A DNA stretch of 60,568 bases, counting the filler. It is 4 parts of 4 records of this genome, joined end to end, with 100 filler letters (N's around TTAATTAATTAA, not from the genome) between each part and the next. Parts side by side here need not be neighbours in the genome. Positions count along the whole stretch, not along the records: positions 27,315 to 45,056 come from DRR378314_2633; positions 45,157 to 50,952 come from DRR378314_2635; positions 51,053 to 60,568 come from DRR378314_2645; 1 more part is not named here. The stretch is one strand, 5' to 3'. Below are positions 39,001-51,259 of the stretch, piece by piece; within the stretch, counting starts at the first letter, position 1; every line of letters starts with the position of its first letter. The position numbers and the translations under genes were made by a program. Below the pieces are notes generated by a model. That model worked only from the letters and a program-made list of their open reading frames with translations, was not told the DNA's origin and searched no databases.

Positions 39001-39222
39001 ACATTCTGGCGGTGGGGTTCGTTCGGGACGCTAATGCGTTGCGAATATTCTCCCCTACGCTTGATATACTGTACCGTGTAGGTACGGTACCCGAAGGACT
39101 CTCGAGTGAGCAGCGAAATGATCGGAGAAGTTGTGCTGACTCTCAAAGAGGTCGGTGTTCTATCAGCGGACGCGGAAGGCACCAGCGACAGCATCGTTTT
39201 TGCCGACGCGCTGCAGTCGTAG
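36020..39222 (+). CDS. Ca3427-like type 2 periplasmic-binding-fold protein (NMT1/SsuA-like; 8 exons, about 309 aa)
   Basis: Exons 36020-36130, 36536-36613, 36920-36956, 37557-37618, 37853-37990, 38338-38448, 38583-38834 and 39082-39222. Motifs LRVGGVPEHFNIPW, GTGSM, DVAIALTEG, YVSSPLNWGI, VSRLGSGSHIM, DAFLWE, TPWPCF. Confidence 0.88.
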
Positions 39223-39974
39223 GCGCGCGGCCGTTTTTTCTCTTCTCCCATATTGCGAGCTTGCGACGTGAATGGGGCATGCTGGTAAATTGGTCCTAAG
39301 ACGGGGCGGGAACGGATAAAGTTTTCCCATATGCCGCCTGTAATTGCTTTTTGGGATTGCACTTGCTGAAACAGAAGGCACGTGGGTGCGCCACGTCAAG
39401 CGATAAAAGAAACGAACAAGCACACACAATGCTGGCAGTCCGGAATGTCAGCGACTGGGACTGTACGTTCTTGCCGCCCACGTAGTGCAAGAGCTGCCGC
39501 CGGGAAGCGCCCTTTTTCTTTCCCAGCTTCCATTACATCTATCTAGGCTGCTCAGAAGAAGAGTTGCTTTATTGCAAAGTATGTGTTCCTATCAAGGCAA
39601 TGAATGCCGAAAAAAGGAGGTCATCACCACGTCAAGGCTTGGCCATGCGGATTCCTCGCTTCCAGTCACGCGCGTTGCTCTTGCCATTGTGCGAGGGATA
39701 CTGCACAATAGGGCTAGGGCTGGTAAGTAAATACACTTATGTTTATATATTTGTAAAATCCAAAGCTGACTGTGACATGTTGAACTAATAGAGGAGGCAT
39801 GAACAGTAGTAATCCTGTTTTCGTATTCAAGTAAGAGAATCGCACACGCGAGCGAAGTGGCGCATCAGACCGGCATTGCGCTTCCCGCCGTGTCGCACCC
39901 GCGAGTGCGGTTCGGTGTTTTCTGTGCCGCTTGCAAGCGAACGGCAGTCGCTTGTATCCACCCTCTCACCGAGT

Positions 39975-42900
39975 ATGCAGAATTTCCAGCGCCCAGAAAA
40001 TGCGCTCAAGCGCGCCAGAGGTACTTTGCATGTCGCGCTGCGGAAACTGGGCATCGCGTATCACTTTTGCGCTGCGGGGAAGTGGTGTTTTCCGACCGCG
40101 GGTGCAGCGTTCGCAGCTGCTAGCGCAACGAGCTTGAGCGCGGCTGCTTCTCGTTGTACGCTGTCCGTCTTTGGGGCCCTATGTTTCTTGCCGTTCCTTG
40201 CCGGGTTTGCGAGTGCCTGCTTTCCCACGCGATCCCTTTCGCATGTCCAATGAATCTATTCGTTATCTAGCCGAGTGGAGAGGTAGATCCGCGCCGTTGT
40301 GTTTCCTCAGCGTGGCGCCGGGGCGGCATGCTGCTTGAGCCCTCGTTCTGTGGGAATCGCGCGGCGGCGGCGGGCCGCGAGGGCCCCCCCTTGTGGTGCT
40401 CGAGTTGCGGCACTGGGGCGCAACACGCACGGCGCGCGTGTTGCTTGCTGGCCCCCACTCCCCACACTTCCGTGGGGATGTATTGCAGCGCTCCTTGCGT
40501 GCGGTAATCTTGTGGTACATTTTTCTTTTTTTTGGTTACATGCGGATAAAGAAGCGACCGCTGTTTGCCGTAGTCTCCGGTTGTCGCGTCTGAGTTGGTT
40601 GCGAATGAGCGGTGTCTACGCAAGCATCGCGTGCGCCGTGGTTGCATGTACCTGAGCAGAAAGCGTCCTGACCACTGCTGTCCTCTCGCCGCGAGCACTG
40701 CGCGCGATGGAGCCTTTGCACTCGACTATACATCTGCAAACCAAAAAAAGCATGTATTCTTCGTTGGATTGCTTCTTGTCGAAATGCACGTAATCGGGTG
40801 TTCCTCGCGCATGCGCTCGTGTAGTGGGAGGTGGCGAGCGCGTGATACCAAGGCTGGGCAGTGGCGAGTGTACTGCCTTTTCCCTCTGCCCTTTTCTCGT
40901 CCGACCTCCCGTTGCGCGTTCTTGAGTACGATCTTCCACGACAGGGCTGATCTTGTGGTGGCTACCGGTTAATATACTAACGCACACTCTTTCTGGGTGG
41001 CAATATTTCTATCCTCTTTGCAGAGCTTGCCTCGCTCGGGCAGCACGAAGATGCTGTGCAGGCACTGGAGAACGTTCTCCGCTCGAAGCGCCACAACAAG
41101 ACGTGGTCGCAGGGAATGGAGGATGTCGCACTGTTCTTTGTAGAGGCGTGCCAGTCTGTCAGCAACGGGCGCAGGGCCAAAGATGGTCTGCTTCAATTTA
41201 GAAACATGTGCTCCGTGGTACGTCTCTTTCTGCGGCCGGTGTTTTTTATTTTGTTTTTTATTTATGTTTGGGGAAGCGCGAGTGCCGCGATGCGTTGCCA
41301 AGGCGCGCGTGGGAAGTTCGCGTGAGGCGTGCAGTTTGCGAGGGCCGCGAAGCGCACACCGCCGGTCCGCGGCGATCCCTGCGTGGTGCTGCTCCTGTAG
41401 CGCAGAGCAAGGGTACCGCAGCGATGCCTTCTACAGCTGCTGTTACTGGCGGCGTTTGCTTCGTATCGAACTCGGGCAAGAGTGCGCCGTTGTTGCTCTC
41501 GTGCGCGCGGGGTCGCCTCTCGCGAGCAAGCTGCAAGCCCTCCTCTCTCTTGGTAGCGGAAGTCCAGGAGTATGCGCTGTCGTTTCGTGGCGATGCGCTC
41601 TGTTGCAGCTCTGCGTGCAAGGTCGTGTTGTAGCTCCTGCGGTACTCGGGGCGAGAGGGCCCAAGCTGTTCCCAGTTGCTGACTGCATGCTCTGGTTGAC
41701 GCGCGCGGGCGTGGCGTGGCCGGCTTTCGTTGTGCGATTTTCAGCCGAATTCGGCTTCTCTGGAGCAAGTAATGCGCAAGTACCTTTCCCTTGCCGAGGA
41801 CGAGACGAAGCGCGTACACAAGGAGACCGAGGACGTCGCGGGCGAAAAGGCTGCCCTTGAGGATGATCTCGAGGCTGGCACGAGTCCAGAAGTGATGATG
41901 TTGCGGCTAGTGCACGGCGATGCTGTGGAGGAGAAGCGTGCGGGGCGCAAGGTGCGTACATGTGCGCAGTCGTGCAATGCGCGTCGTCTGTCGTGCTCGC
42001 GGTCTGGAGCACATTTCGGTACTGCGCGCCAGGCGACTGGCAGCGGACATGTCGGCAGGGCTCGTGTACCTGGCCGCGCGTCTTCTGCAGGGCAGCAGTG
42101 TGCGGCGGTATTCGGGAATGCGCGTTCGTTCTGCGGAGCGTGACGCGCACGATTCCGTGCATTCCAGTCCTGCCTGCGCAGCTGCTGTTCGTTCTCTGAC
42201 GCTCTTCTCGGTGCCTCCTTTCGGCTTTTCGACGCACAGCTCCTGCCGGTCCTTCGCTACAACTGGGAAGCTTATCGCAATGTGCTCGACCTCCTTCGCC
42301 ATAATGCGAAGCTCGAGCACTTGTATCACAGCACCGCGCGCCGTGCGTTTGTGTTTTGCACAACGTACAAGCGGACGATTGAGTTCCGTCGCCTCTGCGA
42401 GCTCCTCCGACTGCACGAGAACGCGCTGCAGAAGATGCGCGAGCCATCGTCGAACAACAACACTGTATCGCTTGCGAATGCCGAGACCATGCAGTACCAC
42501 TTGGAGACTCGTTTCGAGCAGCTCAAGGTCGCGTCCGAGCTGGAGCTGTGGCAGGAGGCGTATCGCACGATCGAGGACATTCACAAGCTTACATCGATTG
42601 CAAAGAAGGCACCCAAGGCTTCGTTGATGCAGATCTACTACGAGAAATTGGCGCAGGTGTTTTGGATGTCTAAGAACTACCTCTTCCACGCGTTGTCGCT
42701 GTTCAAGATCCTGACGCTCCAGGAGAGCGAACTGGGCGACAGTACTGACGGGTCGGCGGCAAAGTCGCCGAGCGGAAATCGCGCGCAGGACACGGCGGCG
42801 CTTGTGCTTCTTGCGGCGCTTGCGGTCCCTGTGTACGAATCGACCGCGCAGGCTACGTCCATCTTCGAGTTTGATGTGGAAAAGGAGCGCAATCAGCGCA

Positions 42901-45056
42901 TGGCAAATCTCCTGGGGATCTCGCTGTCGCCGCGTCGCGAAGTTCTGCTGCAAGAGCTGGTGGGCGAGCTTGGCGTTCTCTCTTCTGTTCCGCCGGCTGT
43001 GGCCTCGGCGTACAAGCTGCTTGAGAAGTTTGACCCGCTGAACATGTACAAATCGATGATGCCTGTGCTGGAAGAGCTGCGCGCCACGGAAGCGTTTGCG
43101 CCGTACTGCGTGCTCCTGGAGCGGATGTCGCTCCTTCGTACACTGCAACAGCTGGGGCTTGTGTACGATCGCATGGAGATTTCCGCGTTCCTGAAGATCA
43201 TCGGCGGGCAGAGCAACATGGGTGACATTGAGTCCTTCATCGTGGGCGCCGTGCGCAATCGCCACTTGCGTTTGCGCATTGACCATCGTGAGAGCATGCT
43301 GCACTTTGAGCGCGAGCACATTGGTGCAGACGCAATTCGCCAGCAGCTGCAGGGCTTTGCGCGCGGGTTGTGGCGCGCGTCTCGCATGAACGAAGCGGAT
43401 GCCGAGCGCCGTCGGACGGCAGAAGCGCAGCGCCTGGAGCTTGTCGTGCGCGCAGCACGCGCCACTGCAGAGAGTGACCACACGCGTATTCTCGAGCGGA
43501 AGGTCACTATCGAGCGCCGCAAGGAGGAGGAAGAGCGCCAGCAGATGGAGGCGGACGAGGTGGAGGCGCGCCGCGCTGCCGAGGCCGCGCAAGTCGCCGC
43601 AGAGGCGGAGCGCCGCCGTCTCAAGGAGGAGGAGGAGCGTCGCCAGCAAGAGAAGCGCCGCAAGGAGCAAGAGGAACGCGAGCTCCTCGAGACGCAGGCG
43701 ATTTATGCTGAGATGGCACGCAAGCGCGGCAAGGAGGTCACGAAGGAGGACCTCGAAGCCCTGCGCGGGAAAGATCGCGACGAGCTGTTCCGCCAGCAGC
43801 AGGAAGAGGCCGAGAAGGAAGAGCGCGAGCGCGAGCAGCGCCTCAACGCGCGCGCGCGCCGTATGGACCATCTTGAGCGTGCGATGCGCGAGGAAGAGAT
43901 CGAGGTCCTGAAAGAGTCGTTCGCCGAGGAGCGGAAGGAGGATCGTGTGTTCTACGACCGCCAGCGTGTTGCTGCGCGCGAGGCTGCGCTTGCACAGCAC
44001 AAGAAGGACACCGAGAACCGCGATCGTCTTGCCAAGACGCAGGCGTACCGCGTCGCCTTTGAGCAGGCGCTCGAGGCGCGGCGCCGCGCGGTGTACGAGG
44101 CAAAGAAGGCGCAGCAAGACGAGCGGCTTGCTCGCAAGATGGCCGAGTACAAGGAAAAGATGGAGGAGGAGCGCCGCCAGCGCGAGATCGAAGAGGCGGA
44201 AAAGCGCGCGCGTATCGAAGAGCAAATTCTGGCGCGCGGACCGCTGGTTGGCGGCGACGAGGAAGCGCGCGCGCCCACCTTTGGGTCGTGGCGCGGCGGT
44301 CCGGAGGACGGGCCTCTGGACAGCGGCGAGCCGCGCGAGGATGTCGATTTCAGCGCGGTGCGCCGCCGCGAAACCGAAGACGAGGCGCCGCGCTCCTTTG
44401 CGGACATCCGCAGCGAGGCGAAGCCTGTTGCTGCTCCCCGGGCGGAGCCAGAGGGCCCGCCGCGCTCGTTCGCCGACATTCGCCGCGAGGCAAAGCCAGT
44501 GGCTGTCCCGCGTGCCGAGCAGGCGGCGCCCGAGCGGTCGTTTGCCGGTATTCGTCGCGAAGCACAGCCGTCTGCTACGGAACGCGAGGCTGAGAGTGAC
44601 GGGCGGCGCGCTGGCGCTCGCGACGGCCCTCGTTTCGGCGGCGCTCGCGATGGACCGCGTTTCGGCGGCGCCCGCGAGAGTGCGCGCGACGGACCGCGCG
44701 AAGGCGTTCGTGACGGCGCTCGTGACGGCGCTCGTGACGGACCGCGCGAAGGAACTCGGGACGGCCCGCGTTTCGGCGGAGCGCGCGACGGCCCGCGCGA
44801 CGGCCCGCGTTTCGGAGGGGCGCGCGACGGCCCGCGCGACGGCGCTCGCGATGGACCGCGTTTTGGTGGCGCTCGCGACGGCCCGCGTGACGGACCGCGC
44901 GAAGATGCTCGTGACGGCGCTCGCGATGGACCGCGTTTCGGCGGGGCGCGCGACGGCCCGCGTGACGGCGGTCGCGACGGACCGCGTTTCGGCGGTGCTC
45001 GTGACGGCGCTCGCGACGGGCCACGCGACGGACCGCGTTTTGGCGGCGCTCGTGAC
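39975..45056 (+). CDS. eIF3a: Eukaryotic translation initiation factor 3 subunit A (3' end truncated)
   Basis: Exons 39975-40020, 41024-41217, 41745-41951 and 42240 to contig end. FQRPENALKRA, AKDGLLQFRN, WEAYRNVLDLLRHN, EFRRLCELLR, ELELWQEAY, YYEKL, LFHA, PCI domain, charged coiled coil, DHLERAMR. Perfect TACTAAC branch site at 40975. Confidence 0.96.
44385..45056 (+). repeat. Coding tandem repeats in the eIF3a tail: three RSFA(D/G)IR(S/R)EA(K/Q)P units, then a DGPR/DGAR/FGGAR array
   Basis: Visible in both DNA and translation; the assembly breaks inside the array. Confidence 0.92.
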
Positions 45057-45156
45057 NNNNNNNNNNNNNNNNNNNNNNNNNNNNNNNNNNNNNNNNNNNN
45101 TTAATTAATTAANNNNNNNNNNNNNNNNNNNNNNNNNNNNNNNNNNNNNNNNNNNN
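45057..45156. other. Artificial contig linker
   Basis: 44 N + TTAATTAATTAA + 44 N. Confidence 0.99.
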
Positions 45157-45178
45157 GCCAAGCGCCGTCGGCACGTAC

Positions 45179-48100
45179 CAGATGCTCGACGATGATGTGT
45201 TTCCCATGCGGTGCAATGCAAAGTACGATGCAGCAAGCGCAGTATCATCCAGATGCAGTTCCCGTTGCAAAACCTCAAGCACCTGCACATGAACAGATAA
45301 ACAGAGAGCAACCCGAGAAAAAATGTTTTCGTCGCTACATATCAGCTTGCGCTGCCGCATTGCGATCGAAGTTGCGCCCCGGGAATTCTTCCGAAGAGGT
45401 ACCCGGACACGAGCTCTCGCGGAAATATCACTTGTGCATGGCACAGCGGCCGAACGCCCATAAACATGCAATGTACATCAACACCTCCTTAACGCTAATT
45501 AACACACGCCAGGCCAGTGCAACACGAGAGGGGCTCCTCCCTACCCCGCACAAGCGCTGCAGGTGCAAGCCGCGTGGAGCGCTTGTGCGGGACCCATAAA
45601 GGCACATTTCACACACGACCATGAAGCGCCCAATAGCCGAACGAAACGAAACGAATTCGACGCTGCGTACTCATTCACGGCAACGTTCACATAAAAATCA
45701 ACCGCAACCTCCCCCCTTTTGAATTTGCATCTGCTCTCATCATTCCAAACGCCGATGAGCGCATCGGAACTCTGCAACGCAGACGTACCGCTCGGCCGCC
45801 GGCGTGAATGCAGATATGCTGCGCAGCTTTTGTAAAGTCTGGCACGTAGAGAGCACGGGGCTTGCGCCCGCGCAGCCGGTCCACAACGCTTGCGACTAGA
45901 ACAACGCCGTAGCGCACAATCTCATCGATCGGAAGAATGCGCGGGGCAAGCATCGTAATATTGAGTCGTACAACGCGGGCTGCAACACCGAGAATTTCCG
46001 GTGTGAGCCGAACGCCAATGACTCCCTGGAAGATTGACATACGAACAGCGCATTTGCATCAGCGCAAGCGGGAGGAGGGCGTCCAATAGCGCAATACACC
46101 GTGCTGAAGATGACGCGCGGCATACATGAACTGAAATGCACCAACGCTACGCTTTGCAATGGCTGCATCGAAAAATTAAAATCCGACGTAGGTTCAGTTG
46201 ACTAGCATTCGAGCGCGTGAATCCGCACCAAGAAAAGACGAGGCAAGCTGCAGAGACCAGCCGCAGTCGCACCACGAACAACTGGCTCGATGCGCAATGT
46301 CTCCTTTGTCACCCATTCTTACAACATCGAACACACGACGCGACGTGCAGAGTGCCAGATTATCTTCTGCGATACACACCCGTTCAGGAGAGGCTGCGAC
46401 TATACCACAGCCAAATAGATAACTGCGCCACGCAGACCACTGACTCCATGACACAGTCAAAAAGCCGAGAGAGAGATCCGCCAAGCTATACACACGAGTG
46501 TGCAGGCGGAAGCGCACCGCCCTCATCCAATGGTATTTTTCATTTTCTTCCCCAAGAAAAAGGAGAACAACGTTTCTCCTTGTTCTTTCTAGGCCGATTT
46601 TGAGATGCGCTGGTCGTGGAAATCGAACTCCAGCGTACATTATCGTCCTCACATTGGTAAATGCATCGGTACGCCTCGTCATTCGCGCCGCGATGAACTC
46701 GCACGATATGCTCCAGCTCATACTTGGCGCGAAGCCTGTCCCAAGGCCACGTAGAAAGGATCATTGCAGCACCTCCCATGCGAAAGATCGTGTTGCTAAC
46801 AAGCATGGATCGCTCTTGTCCTCTGTTCAAGCAAACGCCAGAGTGCAACAGCATAGAAAAAGAGGGTAAGCGGGTGCCGCAGCTGCAAGCATGAGCTAGA
46901 CAAGGGCGGCGGGATTCTACCGTACAAATACGGAAGCGCAAACGTGCGCTTGCCGGCCGAGACTCACAGCCGTGCCGCTAAACACACCCGATTCGGAGCT
47001 GCGTGGGCGCCCTACCTACACACTGCGGCAGCAAACAAAAAGTACTTGTCGAAGCGCAGCCTTCTATCCTACGCTATGGGCAGTGGACGTCCCTCCAGAA
47101 CATGACATGTTTATGATGTGGAGAGAGCCCGACACCCGACGGTGCACAGAGGTTCCGCCTCGGCCTAGCGCAGTGCTCAGCGTAGCAGGTAATCTAAAGG
47201 CGACTCATGGTACGGGAAGGCACGCGTCTCGCAACCACGCCCGTCAGCAAGACACGCGGGTACTGAGCACGCTGCCACGCACGACTGCAAAGCATCGTTC
47301 AATGTAACCAGATGCCCCGCATGGGCGTGACACCGACGCATATTGTATATACAAAGCCATTAGAACACCCCGTCCACGCTATTCCACAATACTCTGCTCT
47401 GTTATTTCACTCGCCAAATGCCCTCTCATAGCTGCAGCGCAAACGCGCGATCTTACGCGCCCCATATCAGCAGCTCAGGAAGCGCACGTCCTAGAGCGGA
47501 CCTGTACCAATTTTGCGTAATATTCTCCATACTACACACAAGAGCTCGACCGCCAAGTCTTCGTGTCTGTATTTCCAGGGGAGCATCGTTCCATACAAAA
47601 AAACCAATATAAATCGACCCCAAAGCGGCAGAAAATTGAGCGCAAGAGCCGAGTCGCCGCGTCGTTAAGCAGCGGCAGTGCTGCGCGCACTTTGGTTCAT
47701 AGAAACGAGTTGCGCCACAAACCTGCGCTTCATCGCCAGAAGGAGCGCCCATTGCAGCACTGGACTCGAAACCTCGGCCATTTCAACCCAGTTCAGCGTT
47801 GCCCTATACATTCTACACACAGAACCCGAATCATTCTCGCAAACGCGGGAATGCAAACCCAAACTTGTGACGCAACGGAACAAGGCCCGGCGCCGTGGCA
47901 AGAGAAGCACCAGGTAACCCGCCCGATTGCCGGCAATCTGGAATGCATCCTCGACAACCTGCTGCCAACCCTTTTCCAGTGCTAAACCAAACAATGCTAG
48001 CCTACCCCCTGGTGCGCCTCGACCTACAGGCCCATCCTAAAACCTCCACTGGAGACGCCAACGTACCCGTAACAGGTCGCGCGCAAGGGCAACCGCCAGC

Positions 48101-50093
48101 GGGGACGACGAGCACCCCATTCCGCCAAGATTGTACAGCACAACGTCCGAGCGCATGCGGAAGCGGTTGACAACCATAGCCGCCAGCGAAGGAGTTGGGC
48201 AGAAAAGCTAGTAGGACATTCATGCCGTACATGCAACAGAGTGGCCGTTGTCAGAGCGAGCACATTTCCGCCAGCTGCCCAAATAGGAAAACAAACTCCT
48301 GCGCGTTTATCTAGCATTCGCAAGCACCCCGGTCGCCTGCCCACACTTATCCGCCCAGCCCCATACGGAGCTGGTTCCCAAAACTATCAATTCTAGTTCC
48401 AGCAATAGGAATATTGGGGTTGGGCTTCGACGCACCGAACAATTCACAACGAGGACATCAATGTCACGGGGACGAAGCTTACAGGCGTCGAGCGCCTTTT
48501 GGACCGCGCCGCCCAGCACCTCGAGCGCCTCTTCACGCGCTCGCGCCATCGTTGGCTGTGGTGGATTCATCATCGATAGGGAGGCCGGGAAAAACGTATG
48601 TTCGCTCAATCTGGTGGAAGTGATCGCACAAAGAAAAAAACATACATAAATATGCGATATGCCCTTAGAAATAAATAACTATGAGAAATGAGTGCTTCAC
48701 CGCGACGACAACGCGTCCCTGCACAACGGGAAGAGCCAAGCACCTGCCGCGCAGAGCTGCCTACGCACCCGGATCGGTAAAGCATGCGCTCCTGGAACTC
48801 CATCGACTCTTCAGAGAATGCGCCAGCGGCTCGCGATCGGTTCGAAAACTGGTATTGCAAGAATACAACGTGACGTTCAACATGAGAAATAAATATACCG
48901 AGTGCATGGGCACGGCACGCGGACAATGCCAGACCACAGATTCGCCGTTGCGCGTAGAGCAAGCCGTCGCTCCGTGATACTGCCTTGGACAAGCTGAGCA
49001 CCAAACCTTTCACACGACCGCAATGTACCGGGAAAATACGTGTGCAGAAAGATCAAACCGAACATCAGTACACCCGTGTAGACGCTTGGGCAGAACGCCG
49101 TCCGTTAGAAGCGCACCTTGGAAAAGGAAACCTCGTACTCCGGCGGAGGCTCATACGTGGCAAAGTCCAGCAGGTACACAGGGCGCCGGAAAGGCCAAAC
49201 TCCAACCAGACGACAGGCGTGCAGCGCGAATGCGGCAAGTGCGCACACGAGTGCCAGATGAACACCCTTAGTCAGCAGGTCATCGGTAGAGAGACACTCG
49301 CACGTAGCATCGGGAAAGGCGAGGCGGCAAAGGCTGTGTACCCGCGCGTGAGAATCGTTGAGCACACGTGAGGCGGCGTCGCCGAGGCCAAGCCACCGCT
49401 CGGAGCAGACGCACGCGGCGAGAACTAGTGCAATGCCCCCGACTCTCTGCGCAGCACGCAATTCCTGTTGTCGCGCGCCAAACAGTTTCAAAGTCCGCCA
49501 TCGTGCAAGCTGCATAAACAAAGAATAGAACACGGATAGAAGTGCAGTCAGAACACCTGCCCAGTGACACCGAGAGCTCTGCGGCACGCCTCGTGGTAGC
49601 GGGACCAACGTGTGCGCTCCAGCAATGCCGGAGTGCAGCACGAGCAACGCTGCAAAATGCCTTGCACTGCACGTGCAGAAAACCTTGCACAGCCACCAGC
49701 CAACGCTGCGGTAACGCAGCGCTTTATAGCTCGCTGCCAGCGAGGATTTGCGTTTCTCCAGCTCTAACGTTCACGCTTCAGTAAGGAACGAGAAACGTTG
49801 ACGCCAGACACCTCGCACGTTGAAAGCTCTTCCCTCACGTCCAACAAGGACACATGCCCTTCAGCAATGTGCGCGGCACGGCCTGCGTGTTACTTGACGA
49901 GTCGGCAGCGAAAACCTAAGTGCGGGCACAACCCAACATCCTATCCTAGCCCACTCCCTGTTTCCAACCAACACATCACACTCGGTGGACAATATGCGCC
50001 AAGCTCACGTACGCTTGGAATTTTTTGCCGCACAGCCTCGAGCTTTGTGGGAAAGTCGCGGCGTGAGCGAGCATCCGCGCCGCGAGTTGCCAT
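45179..50093 (-). CDS. FAE1-type 3-ketoacyl-CoA synthase (KCS, very-long-chain fatty acid elongase condensing enzyme); 3' end truncated
   Basis: Exons 50093-50013, 49509-49117, 48848-48769, 48610-48436, 48207-48067, 47566-47502, 46822-46639, 46025-45789 and 45282-45179. [25 protein letters not shown], catalytic Cys in [23 protein letters not shown], His in [11 protein letters not shown], Asn in GNTSSSS. Confidence 0.93.
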
Positions 50094-50874
50094 CTCGCTT
50101 CTGTAGCGACGAAGAGCGCGGACAGAGTTTACAACAACCGCTTGCCCACAAGGCTTGCGCAAGATAACGCGATTCAATAGAAAACAGAAGATATGATACG
50201 ATGAAACGAACGATAGAACAGGAACAGGAAAAAACGCAGAGTGCAAGGTGCAAGGTTGTCGCCAATGCACACTGTCGCGCAGCGCACAAAGTACACGCGC
50301 AGAACCCCGGATTGTTTGCGCTGCTTTCTTGCGGCGATCCACGAACATAGCAAAAGCACGGGGAGTTTGCGTCCGAATACCCCTAATACGCGAGACGGCA
50401 ATTGTGCTGGCGCTGTTGCAGAAACCGCAAGGTGCAAGTTGACCGTTCTCGCAAACGGGGCACGCAGGAGCAGCCTCCACGGAACAGAGGTGCCAGAAGC
50501 TGACTACATGTGCACATTGGCAAACTTCTCTCCCTGTGGTCTCCGTCATTCCATAGTGCACTCCGCGTCAGACTATGCAATCGAATGCTTGACGTCTCTG
50601 CACGATTCTCCGCCCAGCTACTACGCATACGTGATGCGGTAACGCTCGAAGCCGTGCGGTTCGTTTCTCGCAATTCTCTTCTTCTGCGATTACCTACCCT
50701 AAGCCCAACCATAAGATGTACGGTCGGTGCTGCCGCAGCGTTCCCCGCGCACGGGTGCGCGCGTTGGCCACCACGCTGTTGGCTCCGTACAGCGCTGACG
50801 CTTCCTTCGCAGGCGCGCGAGTGCAACTCTTATCCCTCACGCACTCTTCCTGCGCGCAGCAGCTGTCAGCAACC

Positions 50875-50947
50875 ATGCTGCGAGTGCCTCGCTCAAGCTC
50901 GTACGCCGTGGCGCTGGCTGTTGTGACGTTGTTTGCCTTTGATGCAG
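50875..50947 (+). CDS. Probable first exon of a secreted or membrane protein (signal-peptide-like), truncated
   Basis: ACCATG start, MLRVPRSSSYAVALAVVTLFAFDA, then a GTACG donor at the contig end. Confidence 0.45.
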
Positions 50948-50952
50948 GTACG

Positions 50953-51052
50953 NNNNNNNNNNNNNNNNNNNNNNNNNNNNNNNNNNNNNNNNNNNNTTAA
51001 TTAATTAANNNNNNNNNNNNNNNNNNNNNNNNNNNNNNNNNNNNNNNNNNNN
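50953..51052. other. Artificial contig linker
   Basis: 44 N + TTAATTAATTAA + 44 N. Confidence 0.99.
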
Positions 51053-51095
51053 CGTCTTCGTCTTCGTCTTCGTCTTCGTCTTTGTCTTCGTCTTC
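51053..51095. repeat. (CGTCTT)n microsatellite at the contig start, within a kinesin intron
   Basis: About seven hexamer units, one imperfect; likely cause of the assembly break. Confidence 0.9.
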
Positions 51096-51259
51096 TGTAC
51101 TTCCTCTTCTGTACTTCCTCATCATCATTGTCAGAACCGTCTACTCTTACCTCTGCTTCTATATCTCTCTCCTTTCGATGTTTCACAACCCATTCTCTTT
51201 TACTTTTTAATGCGCATTAACGCAATTCGCTGCATTATTTGTTGCGGAATCCATTGCAG

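Noticed and set aside
40021-41023. snoRNA in the 1-kb first intron of eIF3a
   Set aside because: No paired C/D boxes or H/ACA structure identifiable by eye.
41907-44225. 772-aa minus-strand ORF and other long overlapping ORFs
   Set aside because: Antisense shadows of the GC-rich, codon-biased eIF3a exon; no recognisable motifs.
27215-51052. Repeated TTAATTAATTAA element as a biological repeat or insertion site
   Set aside because: Identical N-padded six-frame-stop linker added during contig concatenation.
51053-51186. Arg-rich minus-strand ORF (MKHRKER...RRRR)
   Set aside because: Translation of the (CGTCTT)n microsatellite inside an intron of the plus-strand kinesin.
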